Of a stretch of 58,522 bases of DNA, positions 45,309 to 55,249 are shown in pieces. Under the pieces are notes generated by a model. It saw only the letters and a list, made by a program, of their open reading frames with translations, was not told the DNA's origin and did not search any database. Positions within the stretch are counted from its first letter, which is position 1. Each line of letters starts with the position of its first letter. Made by a program: the position numbers and the translations under genes. The DNA comes from Candidatus Levyibacteriota bacterium (GTDB lineage: Bacteria > Patescibacteriota > Microgenomatia > Levybacterales > UBA12049), in assembly GCA_029260965.1 (NCBI GenBank), contig JAJDCG010000002.1, positions 1 to 58,522 on the forward strand, in the 5' to 3' direction.

Positions 45309-46289
45309 ATGGCTAGAGAATATGATGTTATTACTTTGGGGAGTGCGCGCCTTGATGCTTTTATGACAATTCACGACCCCAAAAAAGAACTTCACAAAGA
45401 TCAAGAGCATCAGGGTGGAGTTTGTTTCAGGCTTGGAGAAAAGATAGTGGTTGATAAGTATGATTTTTTTGTTGGGGGTAACGCGGCCAACGTAGCAGTT
45501 GGAATCTCCCGTATGGGGCTCAAGTCAACTATAGTTGCAGAAGTGGGAGATGACGAGTTTTCCATCAAGATTCGCAATATGCTAGCACGCGAGAATATCG
45601 AACGTTTATTTTTAGTTCAGACCAAAGGAGGCTCATCAAATCTTTCGGTAATTATCAGTTTTGCAGGAGACAGAACTATTTTTGCCGAATCTCGTGAACA
45701 AGAACATGATTTTAGTTTGGATGGTGCAGATGCGGATTGGCTTTACATTACCAGCCTCGGTCGTGAGTGGGAGAAGCCATACAAAATGGCGCTAGATTTT
45801 GCAAAGGAGAAAGGAGCCAGGATCGCATTTAACCCAGGCAGCTATCAACTCAGTGAAGGTCACGGGACAACAGCAGCAGTCTTGAAGCAGACGGAGATTT
45901 TATTTGTGAACAAAGAGGAGGCAGAGCTTTTGATTTATAATCACTACAAAAAAAAGATCGATAATAGCGATGGTTATATTGAAAAGTTAGCCAGAGAACT
46001 CAAAAATATGGGACCAAAGATAGTTGTAATTACCAATGGAAAATATGGCTCACACGCACTGGATGCTAGTGGTAATTTTGGGGAGCAGGCACTTGTAGAT
46101 GGTGAAGTAGTAGAGAGAACAGGGGCAGGGGATGCGTATGCTACAGGATTTTTGGCAGCAGTAATTCATGGGAAAAATTTCCAGGAGGCGATGAAATGGG
46201 GTGCTCACAACGCATCTTCAGTAGTTGGAAAAGTAGGTGCACAAATGGGTCTTTTGACAAAAGCTGAGATAGAGGAATTAGTTAAGTAA
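45309..46289 (+). CDS. PfkB/ribokinase family carbohydrate kinase
   Basis: GGNAANVAVG, FNPG, LFVNKEE, ITNGKYG and RTGAGDAY. Confidence 0.93.
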   Translation: MAREYDVITLGSARLDAFMTIHDPKKELHKDQEHQGGVCFRLGEKIVVDKYDFFVGGNAANVAVGISRMGLKSTIVAEVGDDEFSIKIRNMLARENIERLFLVQTKGGSSNLSVIISFAGDRTIFAESREQEHDFSLDGADADWLYITSLGREWEKPYKMALDFAKEKGARIAFNPGSYQLSEGHGTTAAVLKQTEILFVNKEEAELLIYNHYKKKIDNSDGYIEKLARELKNMGPKIVVITNGKYGSHALDASGNFGEQALVDGEVVERTGAGDAYATGFLAAVIHGKNFQEAMKWGAHNASSVVGKVGAQMGLLTKAEIEELVK

Positions 46290-46291
46290 GC

Positions 46292-46345
46292 AATCAACCA
46301 ATAGGTTTGGATAATTAATTGATCTGAAATTAGATTATTTGTTTA
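46292..46345. repeat. Dispersed intergenic AATCA/TGATT repeat, copy e (between convergent genes)
   Basis: AATCAACCAATAGGTTTGGATAATTAATTGATCTGAAATTAGATTATTTGTTT. Confidence 0.65.
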
Positions 46346-46350
46346 TCGGG

Positions 46351-47397
46351 CTAGAGGTCTTGTGATTTTGTTGCCTCGGTATTGTCATGAAGTTCTGATT
46401 CGTCCAATTCTCCAAGACTTGCAGCTCCAGCAAGTCTGAGTTGATTTAAGAAAAGATCCTGGACTGCTTTTTTGTTTTCTCTATCTTTGGCCCAGAGTTT
46501 CAGGACTGGGTCTTGAAGCGCCCGTGAGTAGGAGAATGTAACACCCCAGGGATGAGGTCCGAGCTTGGCAATTCTATTTAAGTTTATAAAAGCGTCGTTA
46601 CTTTTTTGCCCACCACTTAGAAACACCACGCCTCCGAGATCTTGTGGTACATGTTCATGAAGTACTCTTACGGTGCGTTTTGCAGTATCGTCATGGTTTA
46701 TTTCTGCTCCGCTATCCTTACCAGGCAAGACCATGCTTGTTTTGAGAATTGCGCCAGGCATGAAAACTCTCATCTCCTGCATGGTTTTGAATAAAATTTC
46801 ATATGTTTTTGCTAGGGTTTGTTCGCTTTGTTCAATTGTATGAGTGCCATCAAATAAGACTTCAGGTTCAACAATGGGGACTATTCCTGTATCCTGACAA
46901 ATTCTTGCGTAGCGCGCGAGGACAAAAGCATTGGATTTTATGCATTCCTCTGTTGGGATGTTCTCGCCAATTGCTATGACTGATCTCCATTTGGCAAATT
47001 TTGCGCCAGCATCTGCATATTTTATCATCTGCTCAGGAAGTCCGTCTAATCCTTGGGTTAGTTTTTCGCCTGGGAAACCAGGTAGATTGATAAGTCCTTT
47101 ATCTACTTTGATGCCAGGAATTATATTATTAATCTCAAGATATTTTGGAAAAGTTTGATCTTCATCGCTTGACTGCCAGAACGTTTCATCATAGAAAATA
47201 ACACCACTCATGAATTCAGAGGCGCCAGGTGATGTAAATAAAAGTCCGCGGTATTTGCGACGTGTTTCTTCTGTGCATTCAATTCCTACACTGTCAAAGC
47301 GTTTTTTACATGTATTGGAGCTTTCGTCAGCAGCGAGAATACCTTTTCCTGAGGAAACAAGTGCTTTGGAGATAATTTGTAATTCTTCTTGATTCAT
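46351..47397 (-). CDS. Fructose-bisphosphate aldolase, class I (eukaryote-like type)
   Basis: GILAADES, KVDKG, AKWR, PIVEPE, Schiff-base LKTSM, FLSGGQ and FSYSRALQ. Confidence 0.95.
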   Translation of the reverse strand: MNQEELQIISKALVSSGKGILAADESSNTCKKRFDSVGIECTEETRRKYRGLLFTSPGASEFMSGVIFYDETFWQSSDEDQTFPKYLEINNIIPGIKVDKGLINLPGFPGEKLTQGLDGLPEQMIKYADAGAKFAKWRSVIAIGENIPTEECIKSNAFVLARYARICQDTGIVPIVEPEVLFDGTHTIEQSEQTLAKTYEILFKTMQEMRVFMPGAILKTSMVLPGKDSGAEINHDDTAKRTVRVLHEHVPQDLGGVVFLSGGQKSNDAFINLNRIAKLGPHPWGVTFSYSRALQDPVLKLWAKDRENKKAVQDLFLNQLRLAGAASLGELDESELHDNTEATKSQDL

Positions 47398-47485
47398 AGA
47401 CTTATTTCATCATACAGCTCATTCTTCTTAGAATGCAAGTAGTTTTTGAAAATTTGAAATAATTTTGTTAAAATGTTTTTAAATC

Positions 47486-47758
47486 ATGGAAAGAGAGGGT
47501 AGAATGCTTTTAAATCCTGGAGAGACAGCAGGGCGGAAGCTTAGAACAAGGTGTGCAGCCCTTTTTGTTTCACCGCTTTTTGTATTTGCTGCTGTAAAAT
47601 TTCCTGAAATCCCAAATTATTTAAAATTCAGAGAACCAGAGTGTCAAGAAGTTGTTGTTGCGTGGTTTGGCGGAAATTATCAGGCTGAAAAATGTAGACA
47701 TCCAGGAGGTCAAGAAACCATGAAAATTCTCGAACCTGTTGGTTCAAGAAGAAATTAA
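47486..47758 (+). CDS. Small hypothetical protein with one hydrophobic segment
   Basis: 90-aa ORF with a promoter (TTGAAA-N17-TAAAAT, 47446-47474). Confidence 0.6.
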   Translation: MEREGRMLLNPGETAGRKLRTRCAALFVSPLFVFAAVKFPEIPNYLKFREPECQEVVVAWFGGNYQAEKCRHPGGQETMKILEPVGSRRN

Positions 47759-47767
47759 TATCAGAAG

Positions 47768-49414
47768 TTACCAACTTGTCCTGATGTGTGAAAATGCGTA
47801 GTTTAGATCTCCATTTACTTTTTTCCCAGGATTAAATATATTTTCTGGATCAAAAATTTTCTTTGTTTCCTCAAAAAGTTTTAGTACAGCCTCGCTGTAT
47901 TGATAACCCAGGTAAGGTGTGCGGATCAGGCCATCGTTGTGTTCGCCACTAGTTGAGCCACCGTATCTGGTAACTAGCCTAAAAACTTCATCAGCAAGTT
48001 TTGGAATAAGAAGTTGCTCGCTTTGTTTTTTTAAGTCAATAAGTGGAAAAACATGAAAATTGCCGTTTCCTATATGTCCAGCGAAAGTTTCAGGAAAGTC
48101 ATATTTATCCAAAATTGCGTAGAATTTCGGTAGGAATTCGGCTAGATGCTCGGGATTAACAACGATGTCATCTATGAAAGGACTTGAGTATTTTTCTTTG
48201 ATGTGACCACGGAGAAGTCCAAAGCTTTTACGTCTGATTAGCCAATATTCTTTTTCCTGATCATCTACAGCAATTTTTGTCACAGGGTTAAATGGTGAGA
48301 GTTTTGCTTTCAACTCTTCAATTTTTGATCTCAGATTTTCAGGTTTATCATCAGCAAACTCAACCTGCATGATCAGTTTGGGTAGTTTAGTTTTTTGGAC
48401 ACTCATCATCTCAGTTAGAAATGAGAGAGCTTTTCCTGATTTATTTTCACCAAGTAGCTCAGCAAATTCAGGAAAGTATTTGATCGCGAGTTCAAGCGTC
48501 TTGTCATCGTATGCCTCAAAGCTCTCGGGTCTGAGTGGGAGAACAGCATTTATGATATCTGATAAGTGGTCAAAATTATCCAAAAGTATGATCATCATTT
48601 CGCGGTGTTTTTTGGTTGGCACCAGCCTTATCTGAGCCTCAGTCATAATGCCAAGCGTCCCTTGTGCGCCGGTAAAAAGCTTGCAGAGATCAAAGATCTT
48701 TTTGTCCGCGTCCCAGACGTTCCAGAGGAAATAGCCTGCTGAGTTTTTGCTTACTTTGGGTTTGGCAGTTTTTATTAGATCATGGTTTTGGGTTATCAGA
48801 TTGTAGATTTTTTTATAGATTTCTCCTTCAAAATCATCTTGTGCTATTTTTTGATTCAGCTTTTTTTCTGTGAGTGGTTTGATTTCGTATTCTTTGCCAT
48901 CGGCAAGAATCATTTTGAGATTCTGTATGTAATCTTCGGTTTTGCCGTACTCTAGGGATTTCTCACCGCCTGCATTGTTGTTGATGATTCCACCCATCGC
49001 ACAAATTTCGCGTGAGGAGGGGAAAGAGGGGAAGATGAGATCGTGCTTTAGTGTTTCTTTTTCAAAGTCACGGTAGAAAACCCCAGGCTGTGTGGTGGCG
49101 ACGCCCCGATTTATGATAGGTTTTTTATTGAAATATTTTTGAAAAGAAACAAGAATTGAATTAGTTAAGCCCCCACCTGACATGCAAGTGCTGGCAGCGC
49201 GCGCGGTAAGTGAGAGGTCAGGGTGTTCTTTTTTGTGTCTGCTTACAAATTGGATTAGGTTTTTGACGTCTATATCTGTTTTGGGAAACACTACCACCTG
49301 AGGACGTATCTCGAAAATACTCGCATCATGAGAGTATTTGCTTAGTGTAGCTTCTGATGTTTCCACATCACCTGAGATTACTGATTTTAGTTCTGTGAGC
49401 AGTTCCTCGTTCAT
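47768..49414 (-). CDS. FAD-binding oxidoreductase (GlcD / D-lactate dehydrogenase-like, no Fe-S C-terminal domain)
   Basis: PQVVVFP, TQPGV, MGGIINNNAGG, GAQGTLG, GHIGNGNFH and GEHNDG. Confidence 0.88.
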   Translation of the reverse strand: MNEELLTELKSVISGDVETSEATLSKYSHDASIFEIRPQVVVFPKTDIDVKNLIQFVSRHKKEHPDLSLTARAASTCMSGGGLTNSILVSFQKYFNKKPIINRGVATTQPGVFYRDFEKETLKHDLIFPSFPSSREICAMGGIINNNAGGEKSLEYGKTEDYIQNLKMILADGKEYEIKPLTEKKLNQKIAQDDFEGEIYKKIYNLITQNHDLIKTAKPKVSKNSAGYFLWNVWDADKKIFDLCKLFTGAQGTLGIMTEAQIRLVPTKKHREMMIILLDNFDHLSDIINAVLPLRPESFEAYDDKTLELAIKYFPEFAELLGENKSGKALSFLTEMMSVQKTKLPKLIMQVEFADDKPENLRSKIEELKAKLSPFNPVTKIAVDDQEKEYWLIRRKSFGLLRGHIKEKYSSPFIDDIVVNPEHLAEFLPKFYAILDKYDFPETFAGHIGNGNFHVFPLIDLKKQSEQLLIPKLADEVFRLVTRYGGSTSGEHNDGLIRTPYLGYQYSEAVLKLFEETKKIFDPENIFNPGKKVNGDLNYAFSHIRTSW

Positions 49415-49458
49415 AATTGCTTATTTTTTATTTCTCCATAATTCATAATTTTCTATTT

Positions 49459-50451
49459 TTAATTTTTTCTTCTAACAACTTCTCTAACGGCGTTTTTGAT
49501 TGCAGGTACGTCCATCTTATATTTTTTGAGAAGTTGTGCGGGTGTTCCTGTTTCTGCAAAGGTGTCCTGAAGACCTATAAAAGAAATAGGCAGTGGTGTA
49601 GTGCGGGCGAGGGTCTCTGCGATCGCGCTACCTAGTCCTCCTGTAATTTGATGGTCCTCAACTGTTACAACAGCACCAGTCTGTCTGGTAAAATTAAGTA
49701 TACCTTCTATATCGATTGGCTTGATAGTTGAGGCATTTATCACTTGCACATTTACCCCTTCTTTCTCCAATTCGGATGCTGCAACTAGCGCATAGTAAAC
49801 CATATAGCCCATTGCAAAGATGGTAACCTGGGGATTGTTGCCTTGCCAAAATTCTTGCATTCTCCCAGGTGTAAATGGAGTTTTACTGGTTGTAATCAGG
49901 GGAGTCTTATCACGGGAATAACGAAGATATACAGGGTTTTTTGTTTTACCTGATGCGATAGTTGCTTTTTCTGCCTCGATTGCATCACATGGAACATAGA
50001 TTTCAATATCTGGCCAGCAGCGAGTGGTGGCAATATCTTCAGTTGCTTGATGAGTTGCTCCATCCGGGCCTGTCATGATTCCTGAATGATGGCCTGCAAT
50101 TTTTACATTGGATTTATTATATACAATAGTTGTTCTGATCGTTTCCCAATTTTTGCCAGGAGAGAAGGTGGCATACGATGATATAAAAGCTGTTTTGCCT
50201 GTCACTCCAAGTCCTGCTGCAATTGCTGCCATATTTTGTTCGGCAACACCGACCTGAAAAAACCGTTCAGGGAATTTTTCGGCAAAAAGATGTACCTGGG
50301 TTGACTCTGTTAGATCAGCAGAAAGCGCAACAACATTTGGATCTTCTTTACCAAGCGCCACGAGACCAGTGCCAAATCCAGCTCTTGTTGGTTTCTTCTC
50401 AACGTCAGTGTCAAATAATTTTGTATTAAGATTTAGGTTTGGATTTAACAT
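49459..50451 (-). CDS. tktB: Transketolase, C-terminal (pyrimidine-binding) subunit
   Basis: LSADLTES, VGVAEQNM, GPDGATHQ, YLRYSR and VEDHQITGGLGSA. Confidence 0.93.
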   Translation of the reverse strand: MLNPNLNLNTKLFDTDVEKKPTRAGFGTGLVALGKEDPNVVALSADLTESTQVHLFAEKFPERFFQVGVAEQNMAAIAAGLGVTGKTAFISSYATFSPGKNWETIRTTIVYNKSNVKIAGHHSGIMTGPDGATHQATEDIATTRCWPDIEIYVPCDAIEAEKATIASGKTKNPVYLRYSRDKTPLITTSKTPFTPGRMQEFWQGNNPQVTIFAMGYMVYYALVAASELEKEGVNVQVINASTIKPIDIEGILNFTRQTGAVVTVEDHQITGGLGSAIAETLARTTPLPISFIGLQDTFAETGTPAQLLKKYKMDVPAIKNAVREVVRRKN

Positions 50452-50485
50452 GTTATTTTTAAATTTATTTTTCTATTTCTTCCCG

Positions 50486-50513
50486 TAATTCATAATTCCT
50501 TATTCATAATTCT
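50486..50513 (-). repeat. Heptamer repeat at the 3' end of the transketolase N-subunit gene
   Basis: Minus strand: AGAATTA TGAATAA GGAATTA TGAATTA. Confidence 0.8.
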
Positions 50514-51389
50514 AGATTTTTCTTCCTCAATTTCCTTCAACGCTACTTTTACTTGTTCATCCTTTGGTGGCGCGCCTTCTACATCCTTGAGGCCTGGAGG
50601 CATGCCGTGCCATTTGTAGCTACCCTCCATATAGGAGACGCCCTTGCCTGGCAAGGTTTTTGCGATGATAATTACTGGTTTGTTTTTGAGATTTTTTGCT
50701 TGAGTAATGGCATCTGAAATTGCATTTATATCATTGCCGTCAATCTCAATAGCATGCCAGTTGAATGATTCATACTTGGCTTTGAAGGGTTCAAGGGGCA
50801 TGGTTTCATCAACTGGCCCATCGATTTGAATATTGTTAAAATCTATTATTTGGATAAGGTTATTAAGTTTTTTATTTCCTGCAAACATAGCTGCCTCCCA
50901 GATGTTGCCTTCTTGGTGTTCACCGTCTGATGTCAGGCAGTAGACTATATAGTCTTTTTTATCCAGGTCGCGCGCTAGTGCGATCCCGATTGCTTGCGAG
51001 AGACCTTCACCCAGAGGTCCAGATGTATTCTCGATTCCCGGAAGTATGCCACGGTGAGGATGTCCCTGCAGTCGTGTCTCAAAACCACGGAATGTTTTCA
51101 ACTCACTGGTTGGAAAATAGCCAGAAAGAGCAAGGCTTGCGTAGAGAACTGCGCAAATATGGCCGTTTGAGAGGATGAGTCTGTCGCGGTCAGGGTCATC
51201 TGGATTCTCAGGATTATGTTGGAGGTGATGAAAATAAAGAGTTGTAAATACATCAGCCATGCCAAGTGGTCCGCCTGTATGGCCTGAGCCTGTGTTGTGA
51301 TTTGCACCATCGAGTGCCTCAATTATGAGATGTCTTATTTCGTTGGCTTTGAGTTTTAGTTCTTTTAGTTTATTTTCGTTCATATGCAT
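50490..51389 (-). CDS. tktA: Transketolase, N-terminal (TPP-binding) subunit
   Basis: SGHTG, DRLILSNGH, LQGHP, GPLGEG, SDGEHQEG..WEA and DFNNIQIDG. Confidence 0.93.
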   Translation of the reverse strand: MHMNENKLKELKLKANEIRHLIIEALDGANHNTGSGHTGGPLGMADVFTTLYFHHLQHNPENPDDPDRDRLILSNGHICAVLYASLALSGYFPTSELKTFRGFETRLQGHPHRGILPGIENTSGPLGEGLSQAIGIALARDLDKKDYIVYCLTSDGEHQEGNIWEAAMFAGNKKLNNLIQIIDFNNIQIDGPVDETMPLEPFKAKYESFNWHAIEIDGNDINAISDAITQAKNLKNKPVIIIAKTLPGKGVSYMEGSYKWHGMPPGLKDVEGAPPKDEQVKVALKEIEEEKSRIMNKEL

Positions 51390-51396
51390 TTTAGCT

Positions 51397-52686
51397 TTAC
51401 CCTTTAAGTACTATAAAAAGATCCGATACATTTGATTCCATTCTTCCTGTCTCAATTCCATCTCCAGTTTTCTCCCAAAACCCGTAACTATTATCATCGG
51501 ATAAAAACTTATTGACGTCAAGTTTTAGCTCTTTTGATTTTTTAATCGTTTCTTGGTCAGCAATAGCTCCTGCGAAGTGAAAAAAATCCCAGCCATCTGA
51601 TCCAAAAGAAGCGATTATTGTTTGGTCATTCAGATAGGGTAGGGAGCAAAGAACAAGTGCCTGGTTGCGGCCACCCCTGCCCTGACCTGTTATTTTTATC
51701 GTGCTTTCCCCACCTGCCAGAAGAACTTGACCCTGAGGTGTCTCATCAATTAGTTTTTTGCCAAGCGTGCGTGCATCGCCCTGCAGTCTGTCTGTAAGGA
51801 CGAAAACATCTTTGCCTGATTTGCGGGCTTTTTTCTCCATAGCATCTAGTGCAGTGTGGTTGCTGAGCATCAGGATGTTATGCACTTTTTCAAAATATTT
51901 GTTGTCAGTTGGAGTTTCTTGAAATTCATCAGGTGTGATTGTTACTTTTTCACTTATTTTATATTTTTCAAGAATTTTTTTGACCTCTTTCATGGACGTG
52001 TGGTCTTTGACTGTTGGACCTGAAGCGATAACAGAGAGGTCGTTGCCAGGGACGTCTGAGAAAAGGAGGGCAGCAACAGTGGAGGGATAGACTGCTTTAG
52101 CAAGACCGCCTCCCTTGACTCGTGACAAATGACGACGGATGGTATTCATTTCTGTGATATTGGCACCTGAATCAAGTAGCGCGTCGTTTATTTTGGTTAA
52201 TTTTTCAAGATTTATTTTATATGGCGCCTCAAATAGTACAGATCCGCCACCACAAACAACTATCAGTACTAGATCTTTTTCAGTTGTTCCCTCTAGATAA
52301 TCAAGCGCTTTTCGGGTGTACTCTATATTGGCCTCAGATGGGAGAGGATGGGTGCCTTTGGTGTAATTTATTTTGGAAAATTTTTGTTCATCTATAACAT
52401 CGATATCAAATCCCGTGTGTAGGCGGTCACCAAGTGTTTCTTCGATAATCCTGCACATTTCAGCAGAGCCTTTGCCAAAGCCTACGAGTTTGATCTGATC
52501 AAATTTAGAAAGATCAAAAGTTTGGTTTTTTATTTTGAGCATGTCGTTTGTGAGGGAAAAGTGGTTGTCAAAGATTTGTTTGGGTTGGATCGAGCGATAC
52601 GCTTCCTCGATGAGATCGAGTACAAAGCGGCGATTGTCGTTGGTGGCTAGTTGATCGTAGTTTTTGATGTATCCCATGGGCAGCAA
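51397..52686 (-). CDS. Glycerate 2-kinase (DUF4147/MOFRL, TtuD/GckA family)
   Basis: GFGKGS, GTHPLP, CGGGS, RRHLSRVKGG, SDVPGND...IASGPT, GGEST, GRGGRNQ and GSDG. Confidence 0.9.
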   Translation of the reverse strand: MLPMGYIKNYDQLATNDNRRFVLDLIEEAYRSIQPKQIFDNHFSLTNDMLKIKNQTFDLSKFDQIKLVGFGKGSAEMCRIIEETLGDRLHTGFDIDVIDEQKFSKINYTKGTHPLPSEANIEYTRKALDYLEGTTEKDLVLIVVCGGGSVLFEAPYKINLEKLTKINDALLDSGANITEMNTIRRHLSRVKGGGLAKAVYPSTVAALLFSDVPGNDLSVIASGPTVKDHTSMKEVKKILEKYKISEKVTITPDEFQETPTDNKYFEKVHNILMLSNHTALDAMEKKARKSGKDVFVLTDRLQGDARTLGKKLIDETPQGQVLLAGGESTIKITGQGRGGRNQALVLCSLPYLNDQTIIASFGSDGWDFFHFAGAIADQETIKKSKELKLDVNKFLSDDNSYGFWEKTGDGIETGRMESNVSDLFIVLKG

Positions 52687-52938
52687 GGATCAGTTTAACA
52701 GAGGTTGTGTTCACTATCAATGCCCATTATTATGTTCAGCAACCTGGACATGTTGCAGATATAAAAAGCACTAGATGATGCACAGATTTCTTACCCAGTT
52801 ATTACTTACCTCTTTCAGGAATTACATATTAAGCTGCTACGATAGCAGGGTAAGAAAAGTATTTATTATGAAGGGTGGTTAGTAAACTTACATAAATAGT
52901 CGGTGCCGGACTGATAACAGGCAGGAAAGGAGGTATCC

Positions 52939-53541
52939 GTGGAAAAAAACATATTCAAAAAGGGAAGCGCCAAGGGTTTCCTGACACTCCGTGGAGAAAA
53001 ACCTCTTTTCATCAAGAGAAAACATCCGTTTGTGCTTTTTCAGCCAATCGCTCTGATAGTAATAGTATCTCTAGTTTTTTTGACTGCATCGTATTTTTTC
53101 TTCACGCAGATTATCGCTTCTCTGGCTTTGTTTGCGACTGGAGCACTTATAGTACTCAGCCTAACAATTCTTTTCATAGGACAGGTTTTTATCCATTGGT
53201 ATTTTCATCTTTATGTATTGACTGACCGTAAAATTCTGGAGATCTGGTACACACCGCTTTTTTCGCATGTAGTTTATGAGATATTGCTGGACAAGGTTAA
53301 CTGCACAGAGGTTGATTTTGGATCTCGTGGTTTTCTAAAGGAAATTATTGATATGGGTGATGTGATGATTACTTTTGATAGGCCGACCCATCAGGAGGAG
53401 TTTGTCCTCAAAGATATTAAAAATTGCGATAAGACTGGCAGATTTCTTATAGAAAAACTTCTTGATACTAGGAGTCCAGAGAAGGGAGGTGAAATGATTT
53501 GGGTCAAGTCTCGGGTGGGATTGACTCCGCGTACAACATGA
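52939..53541 (+). CDS. Membrane protein with a bacterial PH-like domain
   Basis: Two TM helices, then YVLTDRKI...GDVMIT (bPH_2-like). GTG start with a strong SD (AAAGGAGG). Confidence 0.7.
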   Translation: MEKNIFKKGSAKGFLTLRGEKPLFIKRKHPFVLFQPIALIVIVSLVFLTASYFFFTQIIASLALFATGALIVLSLTILFIGQVFIHWYFHLYVLTDRKILEIWYTPLFSHVVYEILLDKVNCTEVDFGSRGFLKEIIDMGDVMITFDRPTHQEEFVLKDIKNCDKTGRFLIEKLLDTRSPEKGGEMIWVKSRVGLTPRTT

Positions 53542-53792
53542 ATATTTTTACAGACGCGATTGCTTTCAATATGTCTGCTATCAAAACGGCTATTTTTGCC
53601 ATACAGTTTTTGGTCGCGCTCTCGATAGTAGCGTATGGTCTTTTGTATGTATTTTATGCACCTCATGTCTCGTCAAGGCATGTAGGAATGAAGCATCCAA
53701 AATACATAATAGGAACCATAAAAACAGGTATGGTGATAGCTCTTTTTACAGGAGGCGTGATGATGTTTGCCTTCATGACAGGCAGTTTTTGA
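53538..53792 (+). CDS. Small two-TM membrane protein (possibly pilin-like)
   Basis: ATGA overlap with the upstream stop. Two hydrophobic helices separated by a short basic loop. Confidence 0.6.
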   Translation: MNIFTDAIAFNMSAIKTAIFAIQFLVALSIVAYGLLYVFYAPHVSSRHVGMKHPKYIIGTIKTGMVIALFTGGVMMFAFMTGSF

Positions 53793-53816
53793 CGACTTTT
53801 CTGCTATACTCTATAC

Positions 53817-55241
53817 ATGATTGGGAAAAAGATAGTAGCAACAAGTGTGCCTCTTTTTTCAATTCACTCCAGATTTCAAAAACTTCAAGACTACGGAACT
53901 ATACAATCAGGTAGTTATTTCATAGATTGGATCAAAAAAGCGGGATTAAACGGTTGGCAGATGCTGCCTTTGAGCGAAACACAGCTTGAAAATGGATCTG
54001 CAACTGTACATGTGCCATCACCATACAAGGGATATGGAGTGGGGATAGACCCACGGTATCTTTCAGGTAAAAATTCAAATATCCAAGTGCGCAGCTCGAA
54101 ACAAGGACAAAATAAAAATAGCCAAAATTTTAAAGCTCGAGATCTGCAGGGATTCATTTTTGAAAATAGAGATTGGATCGAGGATTATGGAATTTTTTGC
54201 GCATTGCGTGACCACTTTGGCACTGATGATTGGCGTGAATGGGATGATGGTTTGAGTACTAGAGACAAAAAGGTACTTGAGAATTGGAGGAGGAAGTTAA
54301 CAAGCAAAATTGATGAGCATATTTTTAGGCAATTTTTGCTTCATAAGGATTATGAAGTGCTTCGGAAAAAAGCCAGAAAATTGGGTATAACACTCATCGG
54401 TGATTTGCCTTTTTATATATCGCTTAAGAGCCCTCTTGTATGGGCAAATCAGGATGCTTTTGTTTTGGGTAAAAATAAAAAAATGGACGTAGTTTCTGGC
54501 ATTCCTGACAGCTCTACATCTTTGTTCGGAAGGCAGATTTGGGGACATCCAGTTTATGATTGGGAAAACAAAAAAAAAGTTTTAAAGCTCTGGGAGATAA
54601 GGGTAAATTATTGTTCAAAACTTTTTGATTTACTGCGTATTGATTATGCAAAGGGACTATTTATATATGGTGTGATAAATATCAAAAATGAAAAAAAAGA
54701 TAAATTTATCAAAGCTCCTGGAGAGAATGTCTTTAGAGAGATAATTAAAATTTGTGAAAAAAATGATGTAAAAATTTTTGCTGAAGATCTGGGGAGCAAG
54801 ACAGAGCAGCTTAACAAGTTTTTGAAAAAAACAAAGATTGCAGGAGTGAAGGTGTTACGTTTTGCTTATGACAGAAAAAGGAAAAAAGTTATTGCAAAGT
54901 ACGCAAATACCAAGAGCTATCCGAAGAATTCTGTGGCATATACAACCGTTCATGATGCAGAGACATTGATTGGATATTTGAAGATTTTGAAAATATCTGA
55001 GAAGCAAAGATTTGCGTCTGCTGTTGGTGTTGATTATTCTAGCGATGATTATGAGATGGCAATAAGTCTTCGTAAAAAAATTATTGAATCAAATGCCAGT
55101 ACGATAATAGTGCCGATTCAGGATTGGTTACTTACGTCAGATAGGATAAACGTACCAGGGACTGAGAAAGAGATCGGGGATCGCAATTGGCGCTATGAAC
55201 TTAAAATCCCAATCGAAAAACTACCAACTGATTTGTTATAA
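53817..55241 (+). CDS. malQ: 4-alpha-glucanotransferase (GH77)
   Basis: WQMLPL, LIGDLPFY, QIWGHPVY, RID, AEDLG, TVHD and INVPGT. Confidence 0.93.
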   Translation: MIGKKIVATSVPLFSIHSRFQKLQDYGTIQSGSYFIDWIKKAGLNGWQMLPLSETQLENGSATVHVPSPYKGYGVGIDPRYLSGKNSNIQVRSSKQGQNKNSQNFKARDLQGFIFENRDWIEDYGIFCALRDHFGTDDWREWDDGLSTRDKKVLENWRRKLTSKIDEHIFRQFLLHKDYEVLRKKARKLGITLIGDLPFYISLKSPLVWANQDAFVLGKNKKMDVVSGIPDSSTSLFGRQIWGHPVYDWENKKKVLKLWEIRVNYCSKLFDLLRIDYAKGLFIYGVINIKNEKKDKFIKAPGENVFREIIKICEKNDVKIFAEDLGSKTEQLNKFLKKTKIAGVKVLRFAYDRKRKKVIAKYANTKSYPKNSVAYTTVHDAETLIGYLKILKISEKQRFASAVGVDYSSDDYEMAISLRKKIIESNASTIIVPIQDWLLTSDRINVPGTEKEIGDRNWRYELKIPIEKLPTDLL

Positions 55242-55249
55242 TTGGCTCA

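Noticed and set aside
52883-52917. sigma28-like promoter (TAAA...ACTGATAA) as a target of the multi-HTH sigma
   Set aside because: Spacing is 13 or 23 nt rather than ~15, and the -10 has two mismatches.
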